DNA of 64,000 bases from Gammaproteobacteria bacterium (GCA_018402195.1 JAGYIW010000004.1:2607-66606); one strand, 5' to 3'. Positions 8,724 through 18,980 are shown, counted from the stretch's first letter. Notes: generated by a model not told the origin, from the sequence alone. Numbers and translations are program-made.

Positions 8724-10538
8724 TCAATGTGCACAATCAAGGTCTTCTTCGTCCGGGACTTCGGATGATGTGCTGGGAGTGACATCATCATTACAGGTTG
8801 TGTCATCATTAAGTTGAATAGAGGGGAGAATAAGCTCCCGCCTCCATAGCTTGCCTTCATTAAGATTGGGTGGCTTTTGATCTGGTGTTACTTCGTGGGG
8901 TGCAAATATCGTTAGCCTGGAGGCGACAGCAACATGGGAAGCTGTGCTCCTGAATGAGTGGGAAGGCAATGTACGGTCTCTCCCAGAGCCATGTTTGGGT
9001 GCTATCCATGGTGGTTTTGAGGTTAAAGTTTCTAAGAGCTGCATAAGCTGTTTGAGTAATTGATTATTTTGTAGTAGCTCATACTTCTGGCCGTCTTCCA
9101 TCAAGGAGCACTGATTCATGATGGCAGTATCATTTGGCACCAAAAAACTGCCTGACATTGATGGGAGTTGTTGGGTAACCTGAATCCCTTTGGTGGCGCG
9201 GGCATCAGTAAAGGACTTTTTCAAGGTATCATGCACCAGTTGTAGAGAAATCTTTCCTTTTGGTGTGGATGCATCATGCTCACAGCAGCGCAGCAACTGG
9301 CCAAGTAGGCCTGACATAAAAACCCTTTCAGCACGGTCAAAGCACTCATCACTGCTAATCTCATGAATGGCTTTGTACACTGAGTCAGGAAGCTTAAGGG
9401 ATTTAGGGGTTTCGGTCGAGTGTGTGCTGAAATAGCTGAGCTGCAAGCAAACATATAGAGCATGAGTCATGAGAGAAATATACTCGTCTACTCCAGTGAA
9501 TGAGGCCAGGGTTTGGATGTAGACTCTGATCATATGTTCTGTGTCTGGTGTTCCGGGAGCAATCTCACATTCAGTAAACTGAGTTAGCCCCCGTAAAATA
9601 TTGCTGTAGAGATTGATAACGCGTAATGTATTGATAATTTCTATGCGCAGACGGAATGGCTTGAGAGCAAGTTCAAGCGTGCTTTGATCAAGTGAGCCCT
9701 CAATGACAGCGCAATAAGCGTAACGGATAAGTGCAGAGGCATCAGACAGATAATGTTCTAGGGTTTTTTGTAGCGCTTCGAGTTCTACAGAAGAGTGGTT
9801 TTGCGCCAATTGGAAAACCATGGCCGCCAAAGCATTCTGGCCATCTAAAGCCGAGGAAATCAGTACTTTTTCCTCTTCTGAAGCCGCCCTTTGGAACTCA
9901 CCAAATTTCTTTTTGTTGAGGGCAAAGTCAAGCTCATGAGCCTTAGGTCGAGGATAAAAGTCTATGTCTGGTGCTTGTGGGAATTTCTGAGCTAACTGGA
10001 GTAAATCTGCAAGATGTTTTTCAGCATCAAGGGATTCAGCAGGGTAAAAAGAGCAAACCTTCTTAATAAAGACGGGCAAGTTTGCTGCCCATGCCAATAG
10101 CGGTTGTAATTCATCACGAAGCAAAACCAGAAAGATATCCAATGTGCCCTGACCCTGTCTCTCTTCAGAAAGGATAGCGGTGCTAGCACTAAATTCACAG
10201 CGCATTTTCCTGTCTCGAAGCCGGAGGTTTCGGATAAATTGCGTGATATCTTGCCGAGCATGAGCATCGGTTTCAAGAGCTATTTGCAAATTCACGCGAA
10301 ATTTCTCAAGGTGAAGAGACAAATTTGGGGTAGGCTCTGTACACTTAGAAAGTGCATTTGAGACAAAGGTTAAGATGGAATCAACAGATTGACCTGTTGA
10401 CAGCATGATTCTTCCTGAGGCAATAATATCTTTGATGGTTTTACCAAACTTTTCACCCAGTGCGGCTGAATCGTCTCTGGAAGAGTGGAGGACAGGCAGA
10501 CTGTCGGCTCGGTATGGTTCAGCTTCCGTAGCTAACAT
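8724..10538 (-). CDS. Hypothetical protein (orphan, effector-like), acidic C-terminal tail
   Basis: 604-codon uninterrupted ORF with no recognisable motif. It ends ...STSSEVPDEEDLDCAH. Confidence 0.7.
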   Translation of the reverse strand: MLATEAEPYRADSLPVLHSSRDDSAALGEKFGKTIKDIIASGRIMLSTGQSVDSILTFVSNALSKCTEPTPNLSLHLEKFRVNLQIALETDAHARQDITQFIRNLRLRDRKMRCEFSASTAILSEERQGQGTLDIFLVLLRDELQPLLAWAANLPVFIKKVCSFYPAESLDAEKHLADLLQLAQKFPQAPDIDFYPRPKAHELDFALNKKKFGEFQRAASEEEKVLISSALDGQNALAAMVFQLAQNHSSVELEALQKTLEHYLSDASALIRYAYCAVIEGSLDQSTLELALKPFRLRIEIINTLRVINLYSNILRGLTQFTECEIAPGTPDTEHMIRVYIQTLASFTGVDEYISLMTHALYVCLQLSYFSTHSTETPKSLKLPDSVYKAIHEISSDECFDRAERVFMSGLLGQLLRCCEHDASTPKGKISLQLVHDTLKKSFTDARATKGIQVTQQLPSMSGSFLVPNDTAIMNQCSLMEDGQKYELLQNNQLLKQLMQLLETLTSKPPWIAPKHGSGRDRTLPSHSFRSTASHVAVASRLTIFAPHEVTPDQKPPNLNEGKLWRRELILPSIQLNDDTTCNDDVTPSTSSEVPDEEDLDCAH

Positions 10539-10636
10539 GGCTTTCCCTACTTTTTCATATGATTTCAGTATACCCTATCGTGTTTTTTTAGGAGTTTCAA
10601 GGTGATGTTTTTCCAGGACTTAGTGCAAGCAAAACA

Positions 10637-11302
10637 TTAGATACTACTTAACCAGCCCAGTAACTCCCTGGCTGCATACAAAATTCCATCGAAATGTAAC
10701 ATGCCCGAAGTCAAAAGGATGATCAATAAAATCATGCTATAAGGGGCAATAACTTCAAACTGCTCTTGCCAGTGTTTGGGTAGCAATGCAGCAATAATCC
10801 TACTACCATCCAGTGGTGGGATTGGGAGAAGGTTGAATATCATGAGGACAACATTTGTCCAAGCGCCAACAACTGCCATTTGCATCAAAAAAGTCACAAG
10901 TAACGAAGGCGATAGTGTGGAAAATATTTTGAACGTTACTAGCCATGCAATAGCCAAAAAAAAGTTAGCACTAGGACCGGCTAAAGCTACCAGAATAGTA
11001 TCACGTCTGGGCTTTTTGAGTCTGCTAAAGTCCACCGGCACAGGTTTGGCCCAGCCAAACACCATGCCACCAAGCAGATAAGACAGTGTTGGCACAAAAA
11101 GAGTTCCCATGGGGTCAATGTGTTTGATGGGATTGAGTGAAAGTCGCCCCATCATGCTTGCAGTAGGGTCGCCACAGCACTTAGCCACCCAGCCATGTCC
11201 TACTTCATGCAGGGTGATGGCTGAAAGCAGAGGGATGGCAACAGTAAGGATTTGTAATAAAAAACCAAACAGCGTATCAGGATAATCAAACATAGTCAGC
11301 AT
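10637..11302 (-). CDS. Site-2 protease family (peptidase M50) membrane metalloprotease
   Basis: HEVGHGWVA (HExxH) lies in the first TM region and the protein is polytopic and hydrophobic. The LPIPPLDGS motif is typical of the M50 family. Confidence 0.8.
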   Translation of the reverse strand: MLTMFDYPDTLFGFLLQILTVAIPLLSAITLHEVGHGWVAKCCGDPTASMMGRLSLNPIKHIDPMGTLFVPTLSYLLGGMVFGWAKPVPVDFSRLKKPRRDTILVALAGPSANFFLAIAWLVTFKIFSTLSPSLLVTFLMQMAVVGAWTNVVLMIFNLLPIPPLDGSRIIAALLPKHWQEQFEVIAPYSMILLIILLTSGMLHFDGILYAARELLGWLSSI

Positions 11303-11320
11303 AGCCCGTGAATGTCATAT

Positions 11321-11917
11321 TTAGGTTTGTTTTTCGATGATCTCAACGACCTTTTTAACTCCCTGCATCTGGCTTACGATGTAGGCAGCAATATCAAGTT
11401 GCGATTTTGGCAACGAGCTCATGAGATAGACCACCTTGTCATGAGTAACGATCTTGATGTTGGTGCTTTGCACATCTTTTTTCGCCACCAATAAAGTTTT
11501 TACTTGGGTAGTGATCCAGGTATCTTTGAGGTCATGGTGTTGCTCTCTTCTGGGTGTTACACGTGTCTGGTTAAACACATGTTTGGCGCGGGACAGGGAT
11601 TTGGCCAAGGTATCAATGCGTTTTTGTAAGGGGATACTGCTGATTTGGCCAGTGATGAGCAGGTTTTGGTTATGGCTATGAAACTGCAAGCTGCTTTGGC
11701 CGCGGAATTCTGGTGCTTCATCAAAAAGCGCTTTGGCCTGAGGCGCAATTTGCATATCGTGAAGGATAGTTTTTGCATCACGCTGTTCGGTGAGTATGAC
11801 GGCACCTGTAGCGGCACCAGCAAGGAATAGGGCGGGCATACATCCAGTGGTCAACAAACATGACACCAAAATCAAGCTCCAGCATTTGCCCGAAATTCGG
11901 TTAATATGTTTACTCAT
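11321..11917 (-). CDS. dolP: BON-domain outer-membrane lipoprotein DolP/YraP
   Basis: Signal peptide with lipobox LLTTGC, ~190 aa, two BON-like halves. Its position downstream of lpoA-yraN matches E. coli. Confidence 0.75.
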   Translation of the reverse strand: MSKHINRISGKCWSLILVSCLLTTGCMPALFLAGAATGAVILTEQRDAKTILHDMQIAPQAKALFDEAPEFRGQSSLQFHSHNQNLLITGQISSIPLQKRIDTLAKSLSRAKHVFNQTRVTPRREQHHDLKDTWITTQVKTLLVAKKDVQSTNIKIVTHDKVVYLMSSLPKSQLDIAAYIVSQMQGVKKVVEIIEKQT

Positions 11918-11974
11918 GCAGTTCTCCTTGTCTGATGCATTCAGGATATCACAGTAAGCCTTAGTCTGACAATT

Positions 11975-12334
11975 TTATCCGGTTGTGGTGAAGGCATTTT
12001 TCATCCAAACATTGTCTGTGGCACCAAGGGCAATAATGTCAAAGCGGCAATCCACGTCCTGTTTGAAAAATTGGGTTGCCAAGAAAACTTGTGCAGTTTT
12101 GATGATTTTTTCCTGCTTACTTCTGGTCACAGTAGTCAATGGGGCACCAAAGTCCTGGTTTTTTCTAAAGCGCACTTCCACAAAAGCCAATGTACCATGG
12201 TCGTCCATGATGAGGTCAATTTCGCCGTAATGACAGCGAAAATTACGCCGAAGTGTAATAAGGCCATGCTGATGGAGAATGTTCTGTGCAATCAGCTCAG
12301 CTTTATTGCCATCGATTAGATGTTGAGGTGTCAT
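11975..12334 (-). CDS. yraN: YraN family (UPF0102) endonuclease-like protein
   Basis: GEIDLIM...LAFVEVRFR...CRFDIIAL are YraN motifs. Start is placed at the internal ATG 12334 (MTPQHL...), because the longer ORF overlaps the lpoA 3' end. Confidence 0.8.
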   Translation of the reverse strand: MTPQHLIDGNKAELIAQNILHQHGLITLRRNFRCHYGEIDLIMDDHGTLAFVEVRFRKNQDFGAPLTTVTRSKQEKIIKTAQVFLATQFFKQDVDCRFDIIALGATDNVWMKNAFTTTG

Positions 12335-12413
12335 TGGGATCTCACAAAAAAAATCCAATGATCGCAGATAGGGCTTTTTTCTGCTAGATGGTAAAAAAGC
12401 TGGTGGTAAGGAG

Positions 12414-14201
12414 CTAAATAAGGGGCTCCAATAGTTCAGGCCCATGCTTGCCAACTTTGGTCCAGGCACCTTGAAGATTTAATTGTGCGTGATCGTTGGC
12501 TGAGAGGGTGCCAGTAGCAGCTGAAATAGCCAAATGCGGGAAACGCTTGAGTTTGTCCCAGGCCAAAGCCAAGTGCAGTGCATCATAGCCCAGGGCAAAG
12601 TGGCTAAGCAACAGGGGGGAGGGTTGGCGGGCCAACAGTTTTTCAGCGGCTTGTTGCCAAGTTTTTGCAGAGGTAGCTATCCACGGGCTACCATAAATCC
12701 AAGCTGATTTAAGGTCTTTGGCCAAAGTCTGTGGCTCTGGGTCATCAAGAAGGACCAGTATCACAGGAATGTCTTGGGCGTAATAGTATTGTAGCAGAGG
12801 CACAAAACTTTTGGCCTCACGATTGTTGGCAATCAGAAAGAATGCATCAATATCTTGTCTACGTCGGGGGGCCATATCCACGGAGCGCCACAGTATTTGT
12901 TCTAGCTGACGTTTGCGTGTTTGTGATTGGTCAATTTCAAGTAATTCAGCAATCCCCTTTGAGTGCTCTGTCTCTGGTTTGTAGGTTAATTTGGAAAGTA
13001 CTAGCTTGCCTTGATGACGCCATGATTTGGAAATTTTATTGCCAACGCTCGCTCCTAGGCCTTGCTCAGGTGCGATGATAATTGCTCGATGGGCACCAAG
13101 TCGGCTAGCCTGTAAGGTCAGTTCTTCGGCTATGTTCGCCTTGGTTTGCCAGAGTAGACGGCGGATATCAAGGTTGATGATAGGGTGACTTGGCATTTGC
13201 TGACGCCAGCTCATTAGAAGTCGGTGCGGGATGTGGCCGATAATGGTGTCACAGAGGTTTGGATCTTCGTGCTGATGAAATTGTTCAGTATCTATCATGA
13301 GGACACTAGGTCGCAGATGTTTGGGGATTTCATAAAAATGAGTTATAAGGCCAAGCTGCATGGCTTTTCCTTCTGGGCTTTTGACTGGAGCAGCAAAGCA
13401 GATGCGTTGGTTGTTCTCAGGGACTATGATTGAACGTGCATCTTCAAACAGTGTGTGGGCTGGATGGTTGGGGTGTTGTTTTAGCCAAGCCGCTAGGGCT
13501 TCTTGGCTCTGTGAGGTCAGGGGTTTGTAGGGACCAATGATGCTTGCAAGTTGATACCAAGCTTTCTCAATGTTAGAGGGGATATGGCTGGGATGTGACG
13601 GCAGTGATGCAAGATGTTTCCAGATACGTTTGGTTTGCTGTCTGCGATCAGATTCATCCAGCAATGGAGTGAGTTGGCTTTCAAGCTGAAGAGCCAATTG
13701 AGGATGCTGCTGTTGCCGAGCAAGATCGGCTTTAAGCATAAGCCAGATGGCTTTCTGGGATTGGTTTAATTGATTTTGGCCCAAGGACGTTAGCAATTGC
13801 TTGGCTTGTAGGCGCCTGTGATTTATGAGGTTGAGTTGTGCCTTTATCAGTTTGTATTGAGCCGTTTGTGAGTCTGACAGATGTCCAGGTAGCAGGCTTA
13901 TGGCTTGGTGGGCTTTATCATAGGCCTGTACCGCAATAAGGGCTTGGGCTGAATCAAGCAGTTGCTTAGGGCGTTCTGCACTGCTATCAGTTTGTGCTTG
14001 GGTCAGTTGGGTGAGTGCAGAAGCAAGCGATTGACGAGGCTGTTGGACATTACTACCTGGTGGCCCTGTAATTTGACAGGCCGATAGAGCCAGAGAGGCA
14101 AACGTAAGGAGTAGCTTTTGTCTCAAGGTTGGTGTTGCAGCAGTATTTTTGCCATTTTTTGAAGGGAGTGCACTGGTATGGTTTGTGATTGGCTGTGACA
14201 T
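12414..14201 (-). CDS. lpoA: Penicillin-binding protein activator LpoA (lipoprotein)
   Basis: Lipobox LALSAC, a TPR-like N-domain and a periplasmic-binding-like C-domain. It is divergent from rsmI as in E. coli. A TTG at 14126 would give a cleaner signal peptide. Confidence 0.72.
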   Translation of the reverse strand: MSQPITNHTSALPSKNGKNTAATPTLRQKLLLTFASLALSACQITGPPGSNVQQPRQSLASALTQLTQAQTDSSAERPKQLLDSAQALIAVQAYDKAHQAISLLPGHLSDSQTAQYKLIKAQLNLINHRRLQAKQLLTSLGQNQLNQSQKAIWLMLKADLARQQQHPQLALQLESQLTPLLDESDRRQQTKRIWKHLASLPSHPSHIPSNIEKAWYQLASIIGPYKPLTSQSQEALAAWLKQHPNHPAHTLFEDARSIIVPENNQRICFAAPVKSPEGKAMQLGLITHFYEIPKHLRPSVLMIDTEQFHQHEDPNLCDTIIGHIPHRLLMSWRQQMPSHPIINLDIRRLLWQTKANIAEELTLQASRLGAHRAIIIAPEQGLGASVGNKISKSWRHQGKLVLSKLTYKPETEHSKGIAELLEIDQSQTRKRQLEQILWRSVDMAPRRRQDIDAFFLIANNREAKSFVPLLQYYYAQDIPVILVLLDDPEPQTLAKDLKSAWIYGSPWIATSAKTWQQAAEKLLARQPSPLLLSHFALGYDALHLALAWDKLKRFPHLAISAATGTLSANDHAQLNLQGAWTKVGKHGPELLEPLI

Positions 14202-14277
14202 TCGGCGTTGACAAGGTTATGCTTGTTTCTTTTTGGTGATTGTACATGGAATCGCATCATAAACCTAGACGTAGGGG

Positions 14278-15066
14278 GTGAATGTTATGGGAAATGAGCT
14301 TGAGTCTGCGTTGCATGTTGTTGCAACGCCAATTGGTTGTTTGCAGGATATTTCTTCCAGAGCCTTGGCGGTTTTGCGAGAAGTTGACTGGATAGCCGCA
14401 GAAGATACGAGGCAAACGTCGAAGCTGTTGCAGTATTATAGCATTAGACGGCCCTTGCTGGCTTTACATGCGCACAATGAAGCTAATCAGTCTAAGCGCT
14501 TGGTTGCCAAACTGCAGTTGGGTGAGCGAGGGGCTTTGGTCAGTGATGCTGGTACGCCTTTGGTGAGTGATCCTGGCGCGGTTTTGGTGTCAGCTTGCCA
14601 TGATGCAGGTGTTAAAGTGGTGCCAGTCCCGGGGGCCTGTGCTGCTGTTGCAGCACTCAGTGCAGCGGGTTTTGGTGGAGGCTCCTTTAAGTTTCATGGG
14701 TTTTTGCCGCCCAAACAAGCAGCGCGTCAAGATGTATTGCGCACATTGGCAAATCAGGAATGCTCCGTGGTGTTCTACGAGGCACCGCATCGGATTGAGG
14801 CCATGCTAGCTGATTTGGTGGCCGTGCTTGGGGGTGAGAGAGAACTGCTTATTGCACGAGAGATAACTAAAAAGTTTGAGACGATTGTTCGTGATCGTGC
14901 AGATAAAATTATCGAAATGGTGAAAATTGATGAAAATATGAGGCGAGGGAGAGTTTGTTGTAGTGCTCAATGGTGTCAGCAATCAGGCGCCGGATATTCA
15001 AGCCGGGAAGCGCATTTTGGCAGGTTGTATCGTCATACTTGTCTCACAAAGATGCGGTGCAGGTGA
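14278..15066 (+). CDS. rsmI: 16S rRNA (cytidine1402-2'-O)-methyltransferase RsmI; 3' end appears frameshifted
   Basis: LHVVATPIGCLQDIS..AAEDTR..VSDAGTP..SDPG match RsmI. After ~14950 the expected C-terminus continues in other frames (see finding). The full-length relic would end at 15143. Confidence 0.85.
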   Translation: MNVMGNELESALHVVATPIGCLQDISSRALAVLREVDWIAAEDTRQTSKLLQYYSIRRPLLALHAHNEANQSKRLVAKLQLGERGALVSDAGTPLVSDPGAVLVSACHDAGVKVVPVPGACAAVAALSAAGFGGGSFKFHGFLPPKQAARQDVLRTLANQECSVVFYEAPHRIEAMLADLVAVLGGERELLIAREITKKFETIVRDRADKIIEMVKIDENMRRGRVCCSAQWCQQSGAGYSSREAHFGRLYRHTCLTKMRCR

Positions 15067-15285
15067 CTGCAGAGCTCTCTGGCTAAGCAAAAAAAACCAT
15101 TTATCCTGGGGGGATTAATCCAGATGACGAAAAGACTAATTAAACATTAGTGTTGTGGTTGGATAAGTCGACTGTGTCTTAAAAAAGTGGTGATGATCAC
15201 TAAGCTGCGAACAGCTGTTTGGTTAAAGAATCACATTTTGCAGAGATTTTGCTGTTAATGAGCACACGCTTTTGTTAGAGTAGGC

Positions 15286-15692
15286 GAAGAGAGTCGACCA
15301 GACAGTCCTTTATCCCCTTCTTTGGGGATGGAGGGAAAGTCCGGGCTCCGAAGGCAGAGTGCCAGGTAATGCCTGGGGGTGTGAACCTACGGAAAGTGCC
15401 ACAGAAAATGCCAACCGCTTGGTTTTTGCTTTTAGTAGAACTAAGTAAGGGTGAAATGGTGTGGTAAGAGCGCACCACGCTGGCGGCAACGTCAGTGGCA
15501 GGGTAAACCCACTCGGAGCAAGATCAAATGGGGTCCACCACCGACTCTTGTCCTGATGTATTTCAGAGGCCTGATCATGACATGCAGCTCGCATGCAGGA
15601 TCAGGTAAGATTGCTTGAGCATCAGGGTGACCTGTTGCCTAGATAAATGACTGTCCTTGACAGAACCCCAGCTTATCGGTTGACTCTCTTTT
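15286..15692 (+). ncRNA. rnpB: RNase P RNA, bacterial type A
   Basis: Conserved blocks are present: GAGGAAAGTCCGGGCTCC-like (ggagggaaagtccgggctccgaagg), gtgccaggtaatgcctggg, acggaaagtgccacagaaaa, ggtaagagcgcaccac, acagaaccc..gcttatcgg. The 5' aagagagtcgacc pairs with the 3' ggttgactctctt (P1). Confidence 0.9.
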
Positions 15693-15875
15693 TCCTATAT
15701 TGCCTAAGCCTATGAGTACTGAAAGAGGGTTCCTTAGCAGATGCTAGGCCTTGGGCAAACGTGACTATTGGCTTATTGTAAAACGGGATTGAGCAGGTTG
15801 GCTCGCCACGTTGTCCAAAGGCTTTTTGGATCCACGGCACAGCCTTGCAAACTTGCCGTTGTAATTTACAACAGC

Positions 15876-18764
15876 TCATGAGGTTGTGCTGCTGATAGTG
15901 ATAACATCAACGTTTGTTTGATCGCTTCCTCCTAATGGAGCACTTACATGTAAGCTTGGTGGCGTTTTGCTGTGGTATTCAATATGTCTAAGCAGCTGAC
16001 TCAAGCACAAGAATTGTCCTACGAATGCCATCATAAAGAGTGGGGGTAAGGGTGGGAAATCGCTAGAGAAACCCAGCAGCCAAGATTGCATGGCTATCAG
16101 CCCTGTCTCATGTTCACCAGGACAGCCTATCCAATGGCACACATAGTCTTGGCATTCTTCCAAATGATGCAGCGGCACTTTGGCAAAAGATTTGACCAGA
16201 TGTTGCAGGGCATCCAGGCCTAGCTCTGAGAAGTCATGATCTTCATAGGTTTCTTCATCACAGATCTGTTCCATGATATAGGTGCACAACAGCTCTTCAA
16301 GCAGGTAGAACGACGCCATTGATTGTTCAATTTGCCAAAGAGCTGTCAAGGTATCAGCTTGTAGCGACAGTAATGCTTTGCTAAGTTCAGGCAGTGGGCA
16401 GTCTTGGGTAAAAAGCTTGAGGGTGGGGTTGCTTAGTTGTGCTAACCAACCATTATTGCGTGACGATAACAGGCACAAATAGTCTGTTTTTCCTTGATGG
16501 TACCCACAAAATACCAGCAAAGATGGATTGTGGTCATGGTTATAGCGCAAATAACCGCGGGCAGTATCATGTAACGCCTGGGCAAGTGTGCCTGCAAGAT
16601 GCTTGCGTACATGTTGTTTGGCTTGAGTGTCTTCTTGGAGTTCATTGCTAGCTTGTTCCACCATTTCTTTGGTCAATGCATGCCAAGGGTTACAGGCATT
16701 GAGTAAAACCAATCTAGCTGCATAGCCACGTAACATGGGTTTGCAAGTTTTGGCAAAATCATACCAAGCGCATGCAAGGGAATGCTCGATGGCATCGAGG
16801 GATCGGCTAAAGGCATGAAAGTTCACGGTATTATTGGTGGATTTTTGGCAAAGCACTTCAAGTCTTTCTTTAAGCAAGCGGTGTAATTCCTGAGAAAAAT
16901 CCTGGGCATGTAAGTGCACCAATGACTGTCCCATATCCTCGGAACCTTCGCAAGCTACCAGGGTAATGTCTGTGCTGGCAAAGGGGGCAAGTTTTTGCTC
17001 AACCAGGTCATGTTCGCCAGCAAGCAGGTCTTGCACCAGTGTTCTAGCAAATTGGTCAAGTTGATCTCGATAGTGGGTCGATTTATTACGTTGAATCTGT
17101 TCCAAACATTGACGATTAAGCTGTTGTAAAATATCCAGGGTATAGCGATGTGCTTTTTTGACCGACTGCCGCCACTGAGTCAGTATGCCAAAGTTACGCA
17201 TGGTGCTGTTATGCTCTTCTTCCAAAGCTTTAAGCGATTGGCGAATGACATGCAATGTTGGGAGATCAAGCGTTTGTGCTTGATTCAAGGCCATGTTGTG
17301 CTGATAAATACGAGTCCAAAGGGTGGTATTATAATAAATACTGCACAAAGCTTTGACAGTAAAGGGCTTGGCACGTAAGTGTGGCAGAGCAGAAAGCAAT
17401 GGCATGGCAAGTAATTGGTTTTTCAATTGACGAACTTGGGGTAGAAGCTCGGGAAAGTTAAGTATGCTATGGCACATGCGGGCAATTTGACTGAGGTGTT
17501 GGCTTTCACGTACGAATACTGCATCTTTGCTCAAGCCATTGAGTGCTTGGCTTCGAATGCGCGTGGCGGAAAAAAGTGCTAAACCTGCGTGTGTGAGTTT
17601 TTGGTGTTGGTGCCAGAAAGTATCTTCACTAGTGAACTGCTGTGTGTCAGAGCACAGCTTAATTCGATTGAGCATGGTCTTGAGTATCAATAACGCTTCT
17701 CGACAAAGCAGCAGCTGTTTTTGGCCGATGTCATCCAGCATGCTTGATTCATGATTGATAGAAGTGTTGGCTTTAGTTTTTTCGCTGCCCTGAGAGGGCT
17801 TGACACTAAGGTGTTTCATTTTTAGGCGGTACAGCAAGGGAGGGTACTCGGCCTGCTTTTGCATAAGCTCAGCAATCATGAGCATGGAAAAAGTAGCATT
17901 AGCATGATCTACCAACTGTTGGATACTCATGATTTGGTAAGCATTGCTAGGACACTGGCCATGTTGCTGCCAATGTGTCAATTCTCTGCGGGCCTGCTGT
18001 CTTTCACTTGGATAATCATCCAGTACTGAGACATAGGTCTTGGTGTGCGCAAAGGTTTTCACGATTGCGGTTGGCAGGGAGGCCTCTCGTAGATGTTGTT
18101 GGTGTTGATCATGATATTGCTGAGCTCGGTAGCTCATGACCGCAGTCATATCAGTACCATCTTGCCCTTTGGGGAAACAAAAGCTTTGCAGCACTCGTTT
18201 ATCAATAAGCGCCCGCCAGTAGCTTGGGTTTTGGTTGAGATAAATCAGCTGTCTTTGAAAAAGCAGACTAAGGTGTAAACGGTAGTTAAGCCTGGCGTGG
18301 TGGAGCACTTTCTTAGTACATGTTAGAAACATATCCCTAATCCAGCGCCTTATAAGTTGGATAGACTTGGGAGGACTTTTGTCATGCCATTTGGGTTTAG
18401 TCTTATGCCAAGTGTAACCTGTGATGACTTTAGCTAGATTGGCAAGGCGCTGCAGGTGCCTATTGATTTCCACTTGCGCTAGCTGTTCACCAGGATCTTG
18501 CACTGAGCGTATGCTGGCATTAAGCCAGGAGAGCAAAATTTGGTAGGGCTGTTCGAAGGCTCGGTAAGCAGTAATAATAGCCTGGTTTTCTTGAAATGCA
18601 GCACCAAGATAATCCCTTGGGTCAGTTAAAAAACAAGGGGGGTTTTTGCAAAAATCTTGCCAAGCAAGAAAAGCAGTTTGTGCATCGTTAGGCATTAAAA
18701 CCATATAACTGGGTGATTGAAAGTGTTGTGCCCAAGTTTTGGTGAAAAAAGGGGTGTCAGCCAT
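15876..18764 (-). CDS. Giant hypothetical protein (962 aa, orphan)
   Basis: Uninterrupted 2.9-kb ORF, divergent from the 1990-codon gene across an AT-rich spacer. No recognised motifs. There is a hydrophobic segment near the C-terminus. Confidence 0.75.
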   Translation of the reverse strand: MADTPFFTKTWAQHFQSPSYMVLMPNDAQTAFLAWQDFCKNPPCFLTDPRDYLGAAFQENQAIITAYRAFEQPYQILLSWLNASIRSVQDPGEQLAQVEINRHLQRLANLAKVITGYTWHKTKPKWHDKSPPKSIQLIRRWIRDMFLTCTKKVLHHARLNYRLHLSLLFQRQLIYLNQNPSYWRALIDKRVLQSFCFPKGQDGTDMTAVMSYRAQQYHDQHQQHLREASLPTAIVKTFAHTKTYVSVLDDYPSERQQARRELTHWQQHGQCPSNAYQIMSIQQLVDHANATFSMLMIAELMQKQAEYPPLLYRLKMKHLSVKPSQGSEKTKANTSINHESSMLDDIGQKQLLLCREALLILKTMLNRIKLCSDTQQFTSEDTFWHQHQKLTHAGLALFSATRIRSQALNGLSKDAVFVRESQHLSQIARMCHSILNFPELLPQVRQLKNQLLAMPLLSALPHLRAKPFTVKALCSIYYNTTLWTRIYQHNMALNQAQTLDLPTLHVIRQSLKALEEEHNSTMRNFGILTQWRQSVKKAHRYTLDILQQLNRQCLEQIQRNKSTHYRDQLDQFARTLVQDLLAGEHDLVEQKLAPFASTDITLVACEGSEDMGQSLVHLHAQDFSQELHRLLKERLEVLCQKSTNNTVNFHAFSRSLDAIEHSLACAWYDFAKTCKPMLRGYAARLVLLNACNPWHALTKEMVEQASNELQEDTQAKQHVRKHLAGTLAQALHDTARGYLRYNHDHNPSLLVFCGYHQGKTDYLCLLSSRNNGWLAQLSNPTLKLFTQDCPLPELSKALLSLQADTLTALWQIEQSMASFYLLEELLCTYIMEQICDEETYEDHDFSELGLDALQHLVKSFAKVPLHHLEECQDYVCHWIGCPGEHETGLIAMQSWLLGFSSDFPPLPPLFMMAFVGQFLCLSQLLRHIEYHSKTPPSLHVSAPLGGSDQTNVDVITISSTTS

Positions 18765-18925
18765 AGCGGGTCCTTTTTGATTAAGATAGCCGCTATTCTA
18801 TCTTACGATTTTTATGATAAGTAGACGGTTTTTTTCACTATAGGGATGTGTTTGGGCGGAGATCAACTTTATTTTTTAAATAACATATTGTTTTTTATAA
18901 TAAAATATATTTTTATGAACTTTAT

Positions 18926-18939
18926 GTTAATATATTAAC
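18926..18939. promoter_or_regulatory. Perfect 14-bp palindrome GTTAATATATTAAC in divergent AT-rich promoter region
   Basis: The self-complementary sequence can be read directly. It lies 42 bp upstream of the 18981 start codon. Its function is unknown. Confidence 0.25.
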
Positions 18940-18980
18940 TTAAGGGTCTATTTTTAATACCATTTAGTTGGAGTTTTGGT

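Noticed and set aside
12731-13078. 115-aa plus-strand ORF
   Set aside because: It is antisense to lpoA and shows no motifs or start context.
15275-15594. Minus-strand ORFs 15275-15478 and 15310-15594 (67 and 94 aa)
   Set aside because: They lie entirely inside the RNase P RNA gene on the opposite strand, so they are spurious.
18920-18945. Possible PmrA-type (TTAATATT-N-TTAATATT) effector-regulon box
   Set aside because: TTAA half-sites are present, but their spacing (TTAA-N4-TTAA-N1-TTAA) does not match the tandem-repeat consensus as I remember it. I kept it only as a generic palindrome.
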